This document shows, one piece after another, positions 1-11,890 of a stretch of 64,000 nt of DNA. Origin of the DNA: Narcine bancroftii. Its lineage: Eukaryota. How positions within the stretch are numbered: position 1 is the first letter of the stretch; each line of letters begins with the position of its first letter. The notes beneath the pieces were generated by a model. The model made no database searches and was not told the origin of the DNA. It saw nothing but the letters and a program-made list of their open reading frames with translations. The position numbers were made by a program, and so were the translations under genes. The DNA lies in NCBI RefSeq assembly GCF_036971445.1, contig NC_091470.1, forward strand, positions 153,016,001 to 153,080,000, written 5' to 3'.

Positions 1-574
1 AAATGAGAAAGATACTTGGAATATTTCTGTGGAAAATCTTGGAGCCAACTGCAGAATGCAAGAGTTGCATAAAAGCAACAGTGCGTAACAAGAAACAATA
101 TAGGTTTGGAAAGATCATAAAATTGATAAAACTATTTTCACTATCCCTTCTCATCCTCCCCTCTTAGATCCTAAATAATCTGACCTGAGCAGAGGGCCCA
201 GTTTAATCCCCCTACATTCATTCATCAATTAATTCTGAGGCTGACCATTGCTTCTTCCAGCTCATTCACCTCCATGCCCATTTCTTTGATCAGGTGTCTT
301 CACCCAAACTGTGGACACTTTCTCCTGTTTTCAATCTTCCCAATCTCCTGGTCCCTGTTCATCCTCTTTATTTCTATTAATTGCTAATGACAACATGAAA
401 TTCAGAATTTTAATATTTCCACTACCCCTTTTTGATCTCATTGTATATTGCTTACCCCTAGCTGTGTCATCAAACATGCTGACAAATTGGATGTGTTTTG
501 GCAAATCAAATATCAGCTCACTGACACTTCCTCACATCATCCTCTGAACCATGACCCCAAACTTGGATGCTATC

Positions 575-750
575 TTAGTAAATATATTTAAGACCAGGTC
601 AAATATATTAGGGGATATGGGGAAAAGGCAGGTGGATGGAGATGAGCCTATCATCAGATCAGCATCAGCCATGATCATGTTGAATTGTGGAGCAGGCTCG
701 ACAGCCCGGATGGCCGACTCCTACTCCTGTTTCTTATGTTCTAAAGCCTA
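575..750 (+). mobile_element. CR1 LINE 3' end fragment
   Basis: ggatatggggaaaaggcagg...atcagccatgatcatgttgaattgtggagcaggctcg...ctcctgtttcttatgtt, a typical CR1 3' UTR; same sequence near 53640-53730. Confidence 0.7.
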
Positions 751-1165
751 TTGTCCCCTGGATGGTCAATGACCACATTTCCTCTGGTGATCTTTCCATT
801 CTCAGGTCATCCATCCCAATTCTGCCTCCTCTCCAAGACCCATAAGCAGAATTGTCCAGGTAACTCCATTATGAAAGTCAGTTCTTGTACATGAATTTAT
901 TTTTTCCTACTTTGAATTTTCCCATCTACCATCCATGATACATTAGATGCTATTACTATTTTGATGGAGTTTCTGTATCCCAAACATTTGCACTAAACTT
1001 TCTTGTTTTACACCAATTTTTCACCTTTTTTTCCTTCTCTGCAACTTAAGGTTTTTTCTAACAGCCAATTCTGATGAAATATCATCTACTTGCAACATCT
1101 TTTTCTACTTTTATCATGGAAAGGAAAAATAAAGCATTTCTCTAACACATTTCAGGATGTCCCAA

Positions 1166-1601
1166 GGAAAGCACGAAAGTCTGCAGGCACCGAGATTGAA
1201 GTAAAAACATAATGCTGGAGAAACTCAGAAGGTCAAGCAGTGTATTTTATATAGCAAAGATACATAACCAAAGTTTCAGGCTTAAGCCCTTCATCAGTAT
1301 GAACAAAATGTGGACAGGAGCCCGAACAAAGTGGAGGAGGGGGGTAGGAGCAAGGGAAGGAGCACAGTCCCAAAGGCAGGTGGATAACGGAGGGCACAAT
1401 AGTAAATAGGAGGAGGGAGAATGGTTCTGTGATTGGAGAGGGAATGGGGTGGAGAGCTGGAGGAAAGAAGGCAGAGGGATAGGGAAGTGAGGGAGTAGGC
1501 TGGTAGAAATCAGAGGTCGATGTTAATGCCATCTGGCTGGAGACAGAAGATTAGGTGCTGTTGCTCCTCCATGGTCATGGTTTGACCATGCATGAGGCCA
1601 G
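1166..1601 (-). mobile_element. Penelope-like element 3'/pLTR fragment with 15-bp target duplication
   Basis: aatgctggagaaactcag... pLTR motif and hammerhead core at 1273-1297; flanked by direct repeat ttcaggatgtcccaa (1151-1165 and 1602-1616). Confidence 0.75.
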
Positions 1602-1960
1602 TTCAGGATGTCCCAAACTGCTTTACAGGCAGCAAAGTAGCTTTGAGATTTAGTCACTCTTATTAAGGAGAAAATATGATCACCGATCTGTAAATGGCAA
1701 CTTACACAATCAATGTGTTGCTAACCTGATCCTCTGTTTTTAATGAGGATAGTTGATAAATATTGTCCAGGGTCCCAGTGAAAATATCTCTTATATCCTT
1801 GGATCCCTCTGGATATTTATTTAATTCATCTGAGAAGGCAAAGGGTTCAACAGCCAATCTAAAAGATGTCACACTTGGCAAGGTAACTGTCTTCGCATTG
1901 GATGAAGTGACAGATTACGTGCTCAAATCCATGAGGAGAACCCACGATATTTTCAGACAA
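1602..1960 (-). mobile_element. Old Deu-domain SINE (SacSINE1/AmnSINE-like), split by the Penelope insertion
   Basis: caggatgtcccaaa..gctttaca...gataaatattgtccagg...catctgagaaggca resembles the reverse complement of the Deu domain; a similar copy lies at about 41865-42300. Confidence 0.55.
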
Positions 1961-3194
1961 GACAGCAATGTACCAAACTGAATTGGCCTCGAAAAACTGC
2001 ATAATTCCCACATAGACAAAGCTTCCAAGTAATAACAACTTCACCAAACCAACTCAGCTCCTCACAGTGAATCTGTTAAACACCACGTTGAACCCTTATC
2101 AAATCACCCATTAAGACATAAGACTTGAAACGAAATGGGAGCTCTCACCTGTGGTCATCAGTTTCAGCCAGCCTCATCTCTGATTCTCGATCTTCTGAGT
2201 CATCCAGGTTAGAGTATTTGCAGCCACCCCCTCCCTACCCCACAGACCTCACACTGATCGCCTTCCGTACTCTTCTCACCAATGGAATGTCCCAAATATC
2301 CGCCGGTGCGGACAATCGAGTGCTGATCAGTGGTGACTGGAGAAGCTTGCAGGGACAAAATGATCAGGTTGGCAAAGGGAAGCAGTACAGTGACTAAAAA
2401 AGACGTAGCCAGTCAGTCACCTTTGGGGGATTGCATTTCATGAGAAAGGGTTCCAGCTGCCCTATGCTATGCCTATGTTGCTGGCCCCGCTCCTGGCCTT
2501 TCTAGTCTTCATGGTGATACCCATAATCTAATTGTAATGTTCATCCACAAACGATAATTTAACACTACTTTGGAAATTATATTTAAAAAAAACATTCAAA
2601 CCCTGAAATAAACAGGCCCTAGTCCAAATTTGTATTTTTCTATCCCACTGTATTTAGATTATTGCAATGTCAAATCTAAAATTAAAAATTGACAAGAGGA
2701 TCATATCACCTTGTAAATGTCGCCCAGGGTTACAACCTAAAAGGTAAACACCAGGACTCCTCATCAACAAAAACCTGTTTTGATTTGATTTTGGAGATGG
2801 GGGTGGCATGAGGTGGAGGGATTTGGTCCTGGACAGGACTGTTGATGTGTGTTTTAATTGGTCAGTGCTGGAATTAAGTGCACAAAGAGATTAGAAAGCC
2901 TTTTGTTTATTGTCATGGGGTTGCATGCCTGTGCTATCTTGGCCTTGTGAGCTGATTTGCCTTGCATTCCGGTCTCTCTAAAAGTAGCCTGGCTTTTACT
3001 GTGCAGCTGTTCAATGTTGAGACTGATATGATTGATGTTTTCCTTAATTACAGAGAATCGAGCAGGTGAGAGCAGTTCATTAGCATGAGTTAATTGTCCA
3101 ATGAGTTTTGCCATATCATCTGGATCCAAAGCAAGGGACAACTATTATCTCCAGGTCTGTCCAGAGGTATGGACTTTTAGGAAGGGTATGGCCA

Positions 3195-3396
3195 GCTCAA
3201 TGCTGTTACAGCATCAGTGACTGGGAATCGAATCCCTCACTGTATGTAAGGAGTTTGTGTCTGAAGGAGTTAAGGAGTTTCCTCCCATCGTTCAAAAAAT
3301 GTACCAGGGGTTGTAAGTCAGTTGGTGGGGGGGGGGGGTGTAATCGGGCAGCATGGGCTTATGGGCTGAAAGAGCCTGTTACTGTTTTAAAAAAAT
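3195..3396 (+). mobile_element. V-SINE/HE1-like tRNA-derived SINE (degraded)
   Basis: tRNA-like head, taaggagtttg V-domain, gcctgttact tail. Confidence 0.7.
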
Positions 3397-3949
3397 AGAC
3401 ATCTGTTCCTCAGCTGACTGAAAATGCAACATAATAAGGGAACACGTTGAAATATAAAATGTGAGTTCCACCTGATTCGCAAACAGTGAGTTAGGTTACA
3501 CTTGTCAACAGTGTGTTAGATAGCTAGTCATTGCTAGCATGTGGATGTTGGATTTAGAGGTGGCTCTGAACTTTTCCATGTCTGGGTCACTCAATTAAGA
3601 TGAAGAACCAGAACTAATTCTTCTCTTCTCAAATAATCCCTCTTATTCCCCTTACACATTTATCCCATCTTCCACATTATCTCCTCTCCCCAAGTAGTGG
3701 TACATCAATCAGGCCAGCAATTTCATAGCCAGTGAGTTACGAATAATATGCCCTGAGTCAGCCAGCAGTGATCGGAGCTATGGGTTTTAGTTGAGATTAA
3801 GGTGAGGATTCAAAAGGTCACAGAATCACAAAGAACTGCAGGGACCACTCTGTCTTTATATCAACATCACCATCATGGTTATTTATTACCACATTGTCGG
3901 ATTTTAGTAAATTGAAATTAACATGATTTTAGTAGCCCGTTTAGACATA

Positions 3950-4631
3950 CCGTATATTTCGCTGTATGTCGAGCCATAAAACCCTCAAAAAATAGAGGTC
4001 GACATATGCCAGATATACTTTACAGACCTTAAATTCACCAAAAAAAGAGATTGATGTCGATTTGGTGTACAATTTGATGATGGAAGCACTTCCCTACTGC
4101 CGGCGTCGCTGCTCCCCGACACCTCCCCACCACTGGGCGCCACCATAACCACTCCTGCCTGGTACCCTGACGTCGCCATCACCGCTCCAGCCTGGTAGGC
4201 AGAGGTTCCTTACCCGCCCAGAGCAGGATATTCCTGCTCCAGCTCCATAGGCTATCACCACTGCTGCCCGGTAGGCTGAGGCTTCTGTTCTCGTTGGGAG
4301 CACAATATCGCCGCTCCAACTCTGTGGGCCGTTGCCGCTGCTGCCTGGTAGGCTGAGGGTTCTGCTATCACTGGCAGCATGATGTCACTGCTCCAGCTCC
4401 GTGGGCTGTCACTGCTCCTGCCCAGCAAGCCGAGGATATTTTTTACTTAATTAATTTATAGCTTTGTTACTTGCGATAGGGCTGTTTTAAAAGATTTTGG
4501 GTTGGTCCTGGGAGGCCCGGACAGTCCGAAAAATGGGGGTTGACTTATATGCTGGATATACCATAAAACCATTAAAATGAGGCTAAAAAAGAGACCTATC
4601 TGCCAATTGACTTATATACCGAAATATGCAG
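3950..4631. mobile_element. Non-autonomous Tc1/mariner-superfamily (pogo/Tc2-like) DNA element inserted in a SINE tail
   Basis: TA-ccgtatatttcg ... cgaaatatgcag-TA terminal inverted repeats; splits the SINE tail tttagaca|ta..catg. Confidence 0.7.
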
Positions 4632-4633
4632 TA

Positions 4634-4862
4634 CATGCAACATGATTACAGGCCATTTTGGCCCACAAGTCCGTGCCGCCCAATTTATCTCATTTAACCT
4701 ACAGCCCCCCAGTACATTTTTAATGGTGGGATGAAACCGTAGCCCCCGGAGAAAAACCAAACAGACAAGAGGAGAACATACAAACTCCGTACAGACAGCA
4801 CAGAATTCAAACCCCGGACTGGTTCCGATCGCTGGCACTGTAAAGACGTTGCACTAACCGGT
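4634..4862 (-). mobile_element. V-SINE/HE1-like SINE
   Basis: Reverse complement of ggttagtgcaacgtctttacagtgccagcgatc...ggagtttgtatgttctcc...ggcctgtaat. Confidence 0.8.
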
Positions 4863-5074
4863 TCGTCAAACGTGTCACGAGGTTTTTGACAGATGCTGTC
4901 CACAATTCTTTCCATCATTGCCACACAGATGTTTCAAATAAATTCCTTGACTAAATGTGGATATCATTAGTAATACCAGTACTGATTCTGCTCTCCTAAT
5001 TGCCCCAAAACTGAGGAGTCTGGAACGACATAAAAATTTTAAGGATGGCAGATTTCCTTCCATGAACGATATTA

Positions 5075-5410
5075 GGACAGAACATTACAGCACAATACAG
5101 GGCCGTTGGCCCATGATGTTATGCTAACCTACAGTATATATACCTACTCAACAACAATCTAATCCTTCCCTAACTCACACCCATAATCTTATTTATCTCT
5201 AATAAGTCGCTCCAAAGAGAAAAACCCCAGCTCTGTCAACGTGCTTCATAAGACATGTTCTCCAATCCAGACAACATCTCCTCTGCACTGTCTCTACATT
5301 CTTCCTGTAATGATGCAACCAGAACTAAACACAATGCTCTAAGTGTTTTGTAGGGCTGCAACATTACTGTGACGAATGAAGGCCAGCACACCATATTTGC
5401 TCCTCATTGT
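5075..5410 (-). mobile_element. CR1 LINE 3' fragments
   Basis: acagggccgttggcccatgatg tail; ccagaactaaacacaatgctctaagtg is the reverse complement of the CR1 HLEYCVQFW region. Confidence 0.6.
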
Positions 5411-5533
5411 CCTGGTGGCTATTTGGTGGTCAATAGAATACTCCCAATTGTCTTTCTGTTTTGACTTTCACTCACACTGTCTCAGTGGACGATCCCTCTA
5501 CAATGCCCTCCCTTTCTTCAACTGTGATACTAA

Positions 5534-5864
5534 GCCCCTTTCACACTGCCAACTCTCCTAGGAAGTGGGAAAACTTACCGGGCGTACTGCACTCGGGAGC
5601 CTTTCCCACTTCACCATGATCTACAACAACCCAGCATTTTAAGGGGGGGGTTCCTGCCTCTAGCGGTGACAAGCGAGAGCAGGTTGTGCTTTCTAGTGAG
5701 TTAACTTGGCCGGGCTCTCTCACTTGACCTCACCAAGTGTCAAGAGTCCATTTGAATTTAACTCGCCCTGTCAAGTTGGGATGTTCCACAATGCGCGATT
5801 ACTGGGTACAGACCTAGTAAATTACCCAGTTTAACCCACATGTAATCACAGGGTGAAAAGGGTC
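5534..5864. mobile_element. PIF/Harbinger-like MITE
   Basis: TAA-gcccctttcacactg ... cagggtgaaaagggtc-TAA (TIRs with 3-bp TAA duplication). Confidence 0.7.
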
Positions 5865-6067
5865 TAATTAAAATGACATTCCCTCCATCCCTCCCTCTTT
5901 TACCCCCTTCCCTTTTGAAACATCTAACCCCCCCCCAGCATATGCATCATCCAATCCCGTCCTTGCATCAGCCAAATCTCTGTAATGGCTACAGCATCAT
6001 AATTCCATGTACTGATCCATTATCTAAATTCATTGCCCTTATTCTTAATACTTCTTGCATGAAAGAC

Positions 6068-6292
6068 AGTTAGTGTAAGGGTTATTGTACTGCTGTCACA
6101 TCGACAGCAACCAGAATTCGAATCAGGTGCTGTTTGCAAGGAGTTTGCATATTCTCCCTGTGTCTGCATGGGCTTCCTCCAGGTGCTCGGGTTTCCACCC
6201 ATCATTAAAAACGTTCTAGGGGCTGTTGGTTAATTGGGTGTAATTGGGTGGACCGAAAGGGCCTGTTACTGTGGTGCGTGACTAAATTTAAA
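6068..6292 (+). mobile_element. V-SINE/HE1-like SINE
   Basis: ggagtttgcatattctccctgtgtctgcatgggcttcctccaggtgctc V-domain; taaattt tail. Confidence 0.8.
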
Positions 6293-6619
6293 AATTTTTA
6301 ATGTAAAGTTTTAATTTAATGTAAAAAAATTAATATGTCAAAAAGTTTTTAAAGACAATCTGATCGTTTCAAGAACACAGTTTTTATTTTTAAATTCCAG
6401 ATCTAATTAATTTCCTGAAAGGTAAATTTCCCAGCTGGACAAAGTAAAAAAATCAAGCTGGTGCCCACAGACCAATGGTCCAGAACACTGGCTGCAGATT
6501 CAGTAACATCATAAATGTACTGCTGTACCTCACCTGCAACCTTAACACTTACAGGCCAAGTGCACTTTATGCGAAATGGAACTGGCTGTGTTTCATTAAA
6601 TTATGCTCAACTTTCTTAC

Positions 6620-6810
6620 CCACAGAGAGGGCAGGAGAGGCGTCCTTCTGAAGCTCTTCCCCGCAGACAGGTGGCACAGAAGGTATGGTAGCAGTCCAGC
6701 AGGCAAGGGTGTTCATATTGTTCATGACAGAGGTGACATACCAGGGGGTGGCAATTTGCATTGTCCAAATCAGATAGGTTATCCAAAGGAGAGAATATTC
6801 CACCAGACAT
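6620..6810 (-). CDS. RNF207: RNF207 first coding exon (N-terminal C3HC4 RING finger); later exons not found in window
   Basis: Translates MSGGIFSPLDNLSDLDNANCHPLVCHLCHEQYEHPCLLDCYHTFCATCLRGRASEGRLSCPLC(G), matching the RNF207 N-terminus (human MSGAIFGPLE...HPLVCPLCHVQYERPCLLDCFHDFCAGCLRGRATDGRLTCPLC). Acceptor tattttccag lies directly before the ATG at 6810; donor GG|gtaag at 6619. Head-to-head with RPL22 as in other vertebrates. Confidence 0.95.
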
Positions 6811-7142
6811 CTGGAAAATAAATTTCAGGGCCAGCAGTTCTTTCAATGAATAAGGAATGAAAATAGTCAACTATCCTGCCCATTTCACATCAACTCTCTG
6901 TAACCGTCTACAGATGGCGCTGTACCACACCACTGGACTCTGGATAGGGCAGTTGAGGCACCATCTCCTTCATGGTTTAGGTCAAAGGGGAGCAACTTCA
7001 GTCTTTGCACAAGAATCTGGACTATGTGTGATGGCAGAGGGAATTGAGGGAAGTAGGAGGTGATGCCTGAATATTGTCACTCAAAATATTCCAGCAGAGG
7101 TACATAACTGGTCCTGGATCTTTCAAACTGTCAGTATTAACA

Positions 7143-7380
7143 CCCATCCCCTTCTCCTCCCCAACCCTCCACTCACCTAGCCGACCCTCCCCGACCAGCC
7201 CCCTCACCTCCCCTACCATCCTCTCACCTGCCCCACGTCCCCCTCACTTCGCCCATGTCCCCCCGCCTCCCCCATTGTCCCCTTCACCTCCTCCTCTCCT
7301 CCCCACCTTACCCTTCACCCCACCCTCCCCTCAACTCCTCCTCCCTCCCTTAGCACCCCCTCCCTCACCTCCCCCTCAAC
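7143..7380 (+). repeat. C-rich low-complexity tract
   Basis: About 240 bp of ccct/cctc runs; explains the spurious Pro-rich ORF 7074..7388. Confidence 0.85.
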
Positions 7381-8335
7381 ATCCATGACTTTAATATTTA
7401 CCAAACAATATTTATTTTATATTTGTCATGCATATGTATTGTTTGCTGTATATGTGTTATGTCTGGTTGTAGGTCTGCGTGTTTTGCACTGAGTATCAGA
7501 GGATGCTGTGTCACCAGGTTGGACTTGTTTATTGATGACAATAAACTTGAACTTAACTATTACATTCCAACTGTAATATCTTTGCTTCTTTACTTAATCT
7601 GTTCGCATTCCTGGAGCATCTTTGTATCCTCATCAACAGCCCATACATCTACCTGGCTTGTCATTACACTTACCTATCAGCTGAGGGACTGTAGCACCTG
7701 TACTGAAAGGTGGTGTCTCTTACACCAAATGGCAAATACCTTGCCATTTCCTATTATATATGTATTCTAATGGGGACAAAATTTACAAGATAATTTGTAA
7801 ATGGCATTTATTTTAAAAAGTAAAAAGTTAAATTTAAAAAGGTTTCTGCATTATAAAATTAATAAATAAAAAATAATTTATTTTAAAGCATTCTGATGCA
7901 TAGTTTGGTAACTGTCTCCAACTTTGGTTCTTTTAAACCATTTAAAGATGTCGCCAAGAATGCTAGTTGTGTTTTGTGCATTACAAAATTGTAAAGCACA
8001 ACAGTCTGGATACCAATATTTACTATCAATGTGCAACAACAATTATTTTTAAAAATATATACAGTATGAATAAAAATAAAGTAAATGTCCTTTTAGGTTG
8101 CAATTTTTAGTATTTTCCATTGAAATACTTGTCTGTCGCTACTGCACTGGAAACTAAAAAGAGTAACCTCTCACAAAAGACAAAGGTCAAATCCTCAAAC
8201 AGGTATGAAAGGCAGTTCCCACTATACCTCACAGCACAGAACAGATCCTATGACTATGTTGTATACCAGATATTAAAGTAATTTTAACAAGAGTAGCTGG
8301 AGATGTTATCTGTGATTCAGCTCCGCTGTCCTTAC

Positions 8336-8490
8336 CTCAGTTCTGTCTCTCTGGCCTCAGGCTGGTATGAGAGAAATCTCTGATCTCTTTTAGAAAGCAG
8401 CTGCCTATTGACGTCAGGGCCCCATGAACGTGTGTCCTTCGCTGGGAGGCTCCTAGTTTCAGCAGGCTTGGGATTGGGCTGAGGGGTGGC
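8336..8490 (-). promoter_or_regulatory. RNF207: Candidate RNF207 non-coding first exon and promoter
   Basis: Minus-strand donor GAG|gtaag at 8335, palindromic CRE TGACGTCA 8409-8416, E-box CAGCTG 8398-8403, minus-strand CCAAT 8473-8477. The coding exon begins at a splice acceptor, so an upstream UTR exon must exist. Confidence 0.5.
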
Positions 8491-8686
8491 CTTCTAATTT
8501 ACTCCCGGTGTATTTTGCACACACAATTCTGCTGGAGAGGTGACAGTAACTCATCAGCTCTTATTGTTTTAAGTGAAGGAATTGCTTCACTTTATTCTTC
8601 TCAGTTAAATATTATTCCCAACTTCAGTTAAGTTTCTGCCTGCCAGTCTGCCAATCAGAGTTACAAGTGACATTCTATAATACAAC

Positions 8687-9136
8687 TGTGGTAAATTAGA
8701 TTGGACAACAATGAATTCACCTGATTGCATTGTTTATTATTGTTGATAGTAGCCACAGGGGTCGGTGGCCTCCTGGTGTCAGGAGGCTGTGCATGTTCGA
8801 TTTCTTCCAGTCCACATGCGCTATTCACTGGGGTTGTTGGCATATGCGCGAGGTTTCGTGTGGTTGGATATTAGTTAGCCACGTTGACTGTAATGGTGGG
8901 ATAGACAGTGGATGAGTAGGGCTCCGATAATTTTCTGTTGACAGTTATATTAGGATAGGTGATATCATGGACGTTAGCATATTATCGTTAACAAGTTCAT
9001 AGATGTTATGAGTCCTTTTGTGTTAATTAATAAACCATTTTAGACTCATCTGGACTTTGTCATGAATTTCTTGAACACGTCACAGAAAAGAGCCACTTAG
9101 CCTCCGAGCTGTTTTTTCCAGATAATAGTCGCTACA
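8687..9136 (+). mobile_element. Possible solo LTR
   Basis: TGTGG...GCTACA ends and AATAAA near 9029; no clean target duplication. Confidence 0.4.
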
Positions 9137-9711
9137 AACAATATTTTTTGAATTGTTTACTTCCTGAAAAAAATTGTGATTATGATGGACAACTTCAAGC
9201 TGAACACAAAGATAATTTCAGATTTGTTGAATCACGTAGGAAGTTGGAGAAACATTAAATTAACTTTTATTGAAGTTAGCATGTTTAATCACATAATGTA
9301 CCTCTGAGCCAAGCTCTCAGGTTGACTGCTCTTGTTATACAACAAATTTGAGGAGCCCAGAGTTGTCTTAGTCAATGTCCAGTGGTGTTCTCCCGAGTGA
9401 TATATCACATATCACAGGGCAGTGAAATCGTAGTGGGAATAAAGCACATAAGCACACAATGTATAAAAGACCATGGGGAAAAAACGCACACAATTTATAA
9501 GATCTTACGTGCACAATGTATAAAAGATAGTGGGAAAATTCACTGCAATAGGCTTCAGACTGTTCAAACTTGGGAACTTGAGCACTAATGCAAGTTCTGT
9601 GATCATACTGGGTAAAGAAAAACAACCAAGCATTTACATTGTATTAGGTATTATAGTAATCTTGAGATGATTTAAAGCACAGGCACACAGTGGCTGCCCG
9701 TGAAATATAAC

Positions 9712-10560
9712 TTTCTTCTTTGGCTTGGCTTCGCGGATGAAGATTTATGGAGGGGTATGTCCACATCTGCTGCAGGCTCGTTGGTGACTGCAAGTCTGAT
9801 GCAGGACAGGCAGGCACGGTTGCAGCGGTTGCAAGGGAAAATTGGTGGGTTGGGGTTGGGTGTTGGGTTTTTCCTCCTTTGTCTTTTGTCAGTGAGGTGG
9901 GCTCTGCGGTCTTCTTCAAAGGAGGTTGCTGCCTGCTGAACTGTGAGGCGCCAAGATGCACGGTTGGAGGCGAGATCAGCCCACTGGCGGTGGTCAATGT
10001 GGCAGGCACCAAGAGATTTCTTTAAGCAGTCCTTGTACCTCTTCTTTGGTGCACCTCTGTCTCGGTGGCCAGTGGAGAGCTCGCCATAGAACACGATCTT
10101 GGGAAGGCGATGGACTTCCATTCTGAAGACGTGACCCACCCAGCGCAGTTGGGTCTTCAGCAGCATGGATTCGATGCTTGCGGACTCTGCCAGCTCGAGT
10201 ACTTCGATGTTGGTGATGAAGTCATTCCAATGAATGTTGAGGATGGAGCGGAGACAGCGCTGATGGAAGTGTTCTAGGAGCCGTAGGTGATGCCGGTAGA
10301 GGACCCATGATTCGGAGCTGAACAGGAGCATGGGTATGACAACGGATCTGTATACGCTGATCTTTGTGTGTTTTTTCAGGTGGTTGTTTTTCCAGACTCT
10401 TTTGTGTAGTCTTCCTAAGGCACTATTTGCCTTAGCGAGTCTGTTGTCTATCTCTTTGTCGATCCTTGCATCAGATGAAATGGTGCAGCTGAGGTAGGTA
10501 AATTGGTTGACCGTTTTGAGTTCAGTGTGCCCGATGGAGATGTGGGGGGGGGGCTGGTGG
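9712..10560 (-). mobile_element. RTE-clade LINE, 5'-truncated copy 1
   Basis: Open frame 9672..10565 with FTYLSCTIS..EIDNRLAKA..FHQRCLRSIL..LRWVGHV..LPKIVFYGEL (post-RT region of RTE); 3' tail cgcgaagccaagccaaagaag. Confidence 0.92.
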
Positions 10561-10569
10561 TACATCGAA

Positions 10570-10968
10570 GAGTGAATACAAGCAGAGCTGCCAGTGCTCT
10601 CACTTACCCGCTTTGTTTGGTGTCCCTTGTGACTGGACTCCCACTACCTACAAGCAATGGAGGTAATAATAAGAAATATAACTGCACTGATATTAAAACT
10701 ACCAGACTGGTGCACGCACGCAGGCATTGATGTCACTAATGGTACCTGGTAGAGCCGGTTGCCTGTTCACATTGCAGTCTGCCGGGTACCAAGTCAAATC
10801 CAAGTTAACTCAGCTGGGCGATTGACACAACCCCCCAACAAGAGTCAGAGCCCGGTTGACTTTTACCCGCCCTGCCCGGTTGGGACCTTTCACACTGCCA
10901 GATTACCCACAACAGACCCTCTAAATTGCCCAGTTCAACCCACTTTATTTGGCCGTGTGAAAAGGGGC
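10570..10968. mobile_element. PIF/Harbinger-like MITE, right part
   Basis: Ends gtgtgaaaaggggc-TAA, same TIR family as 5534-5864; internal tttcacactg motifs. Confidence 0.55.
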
Positions 10969-11099
10969 TAATAAAGTTTAATTTGAAACATTCCAGTTTT
11001 TCTGCCTCTGAGGAGAACACCAAAACATGATTACTTTCCTAACACACTGCAGTTTTGTTTGTTGTTCATTTCAATTGCTTCCTATCTTTCCTTTTCCTA

Positions 11100-11890
11100 G
11101 TGATGATACTGCGACACAGTGCTAGATAGCAGCGCTGTCAGAGCCACTGTAATGGCAGTGCTGGCAAACCTGTGGGGAGCAAGGGAGCAGAGATGCATTG
11201 CTCCCACAGGGTCCAGCTGCCTAATTAACTGCCATCAACTCGCACAGGCTTTGAATGTCCGGTTGAGGGACCCACAGGAGTTTTTATTTGAAATCTTGCG
11301 ACCACGGGGCTTTGCCCAAGATGGCAGCACCTATTAATTGGCAGCAACCACGAGGGGCTGCAGACTTTGGGAAAGCAAAGAATTGGAGCAGGGCACCGGA
11401 GGATGGCAAGACCACCCACTGTCTGAGAGGGAGAAGCGGAGGGGATGACCCATGGGGACGATGACCACGGTGGTGGACCAGTGAGGGGATTCTGTAGCTG
11501 AGGGACCAGTGCATGAGGTGGGCTGCTGGAGACTGAAGATGAGGAACCTACGGAAGCTGTGGGCTGCTGGAGACTGCTGTTGGGAGACTTGTGCTGGGCT
11601 GCAAACTGCTGGAGACTGATTCGAACTGGCTGGAGGGGTACCAGGTATCAGAAGTGAGATGCAAGGAGGTGCCGAGGGCTCTAAAGGAATCCTGACTGTG
11701 TCGGAGGTTTGGATCTGGAGCTCGGGTCACCAATGGTTTGGACTGGACTCCGTGTGGCTGCCGGGGGCTGCAGAAGTTCTGGAAGTGAATCTATGGACAC
11801 TCAGTGACTCTGGGGGACTCTTGCTTCTCTCTCTGACTGTAAGAGGTGCTTACATTCGGTGGCGAATCTGTCTGCTTTACAGCTGGCAAA
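11100..11890 (+). mobile_element. Non-autonomous retroelement of uncertain family
   Basis: Shares blocks with 12600-13040 (ccgagggc..cctga..gaggtt.g.atctgga.ctcggg; ttctctgactgtaagagg) and a 3' end like 46900-47056 and 57960-58330 (inverted). Confidence 0.5.

Noticed and set aside
2147-2340. Minus-strand donor (CAG|gtgag) as a candidate next RNF207 exon
   Set aside because: No frame resembles the expected RNF207 continuation (..GLPPVDRLL.FLVDSS..) and all frames examined contain stops
7074-7388. Proline-rich 104-aa ORF
   Set aside because: Translation of a C-rich low-complexity tract
10562-10570. 9-nt inverted match (acatcgaag) at the 5' end of RTE copy 1
   Set aside because: Too short to distinguish from chance and no clean TSD, so not called as a second twin-priming event
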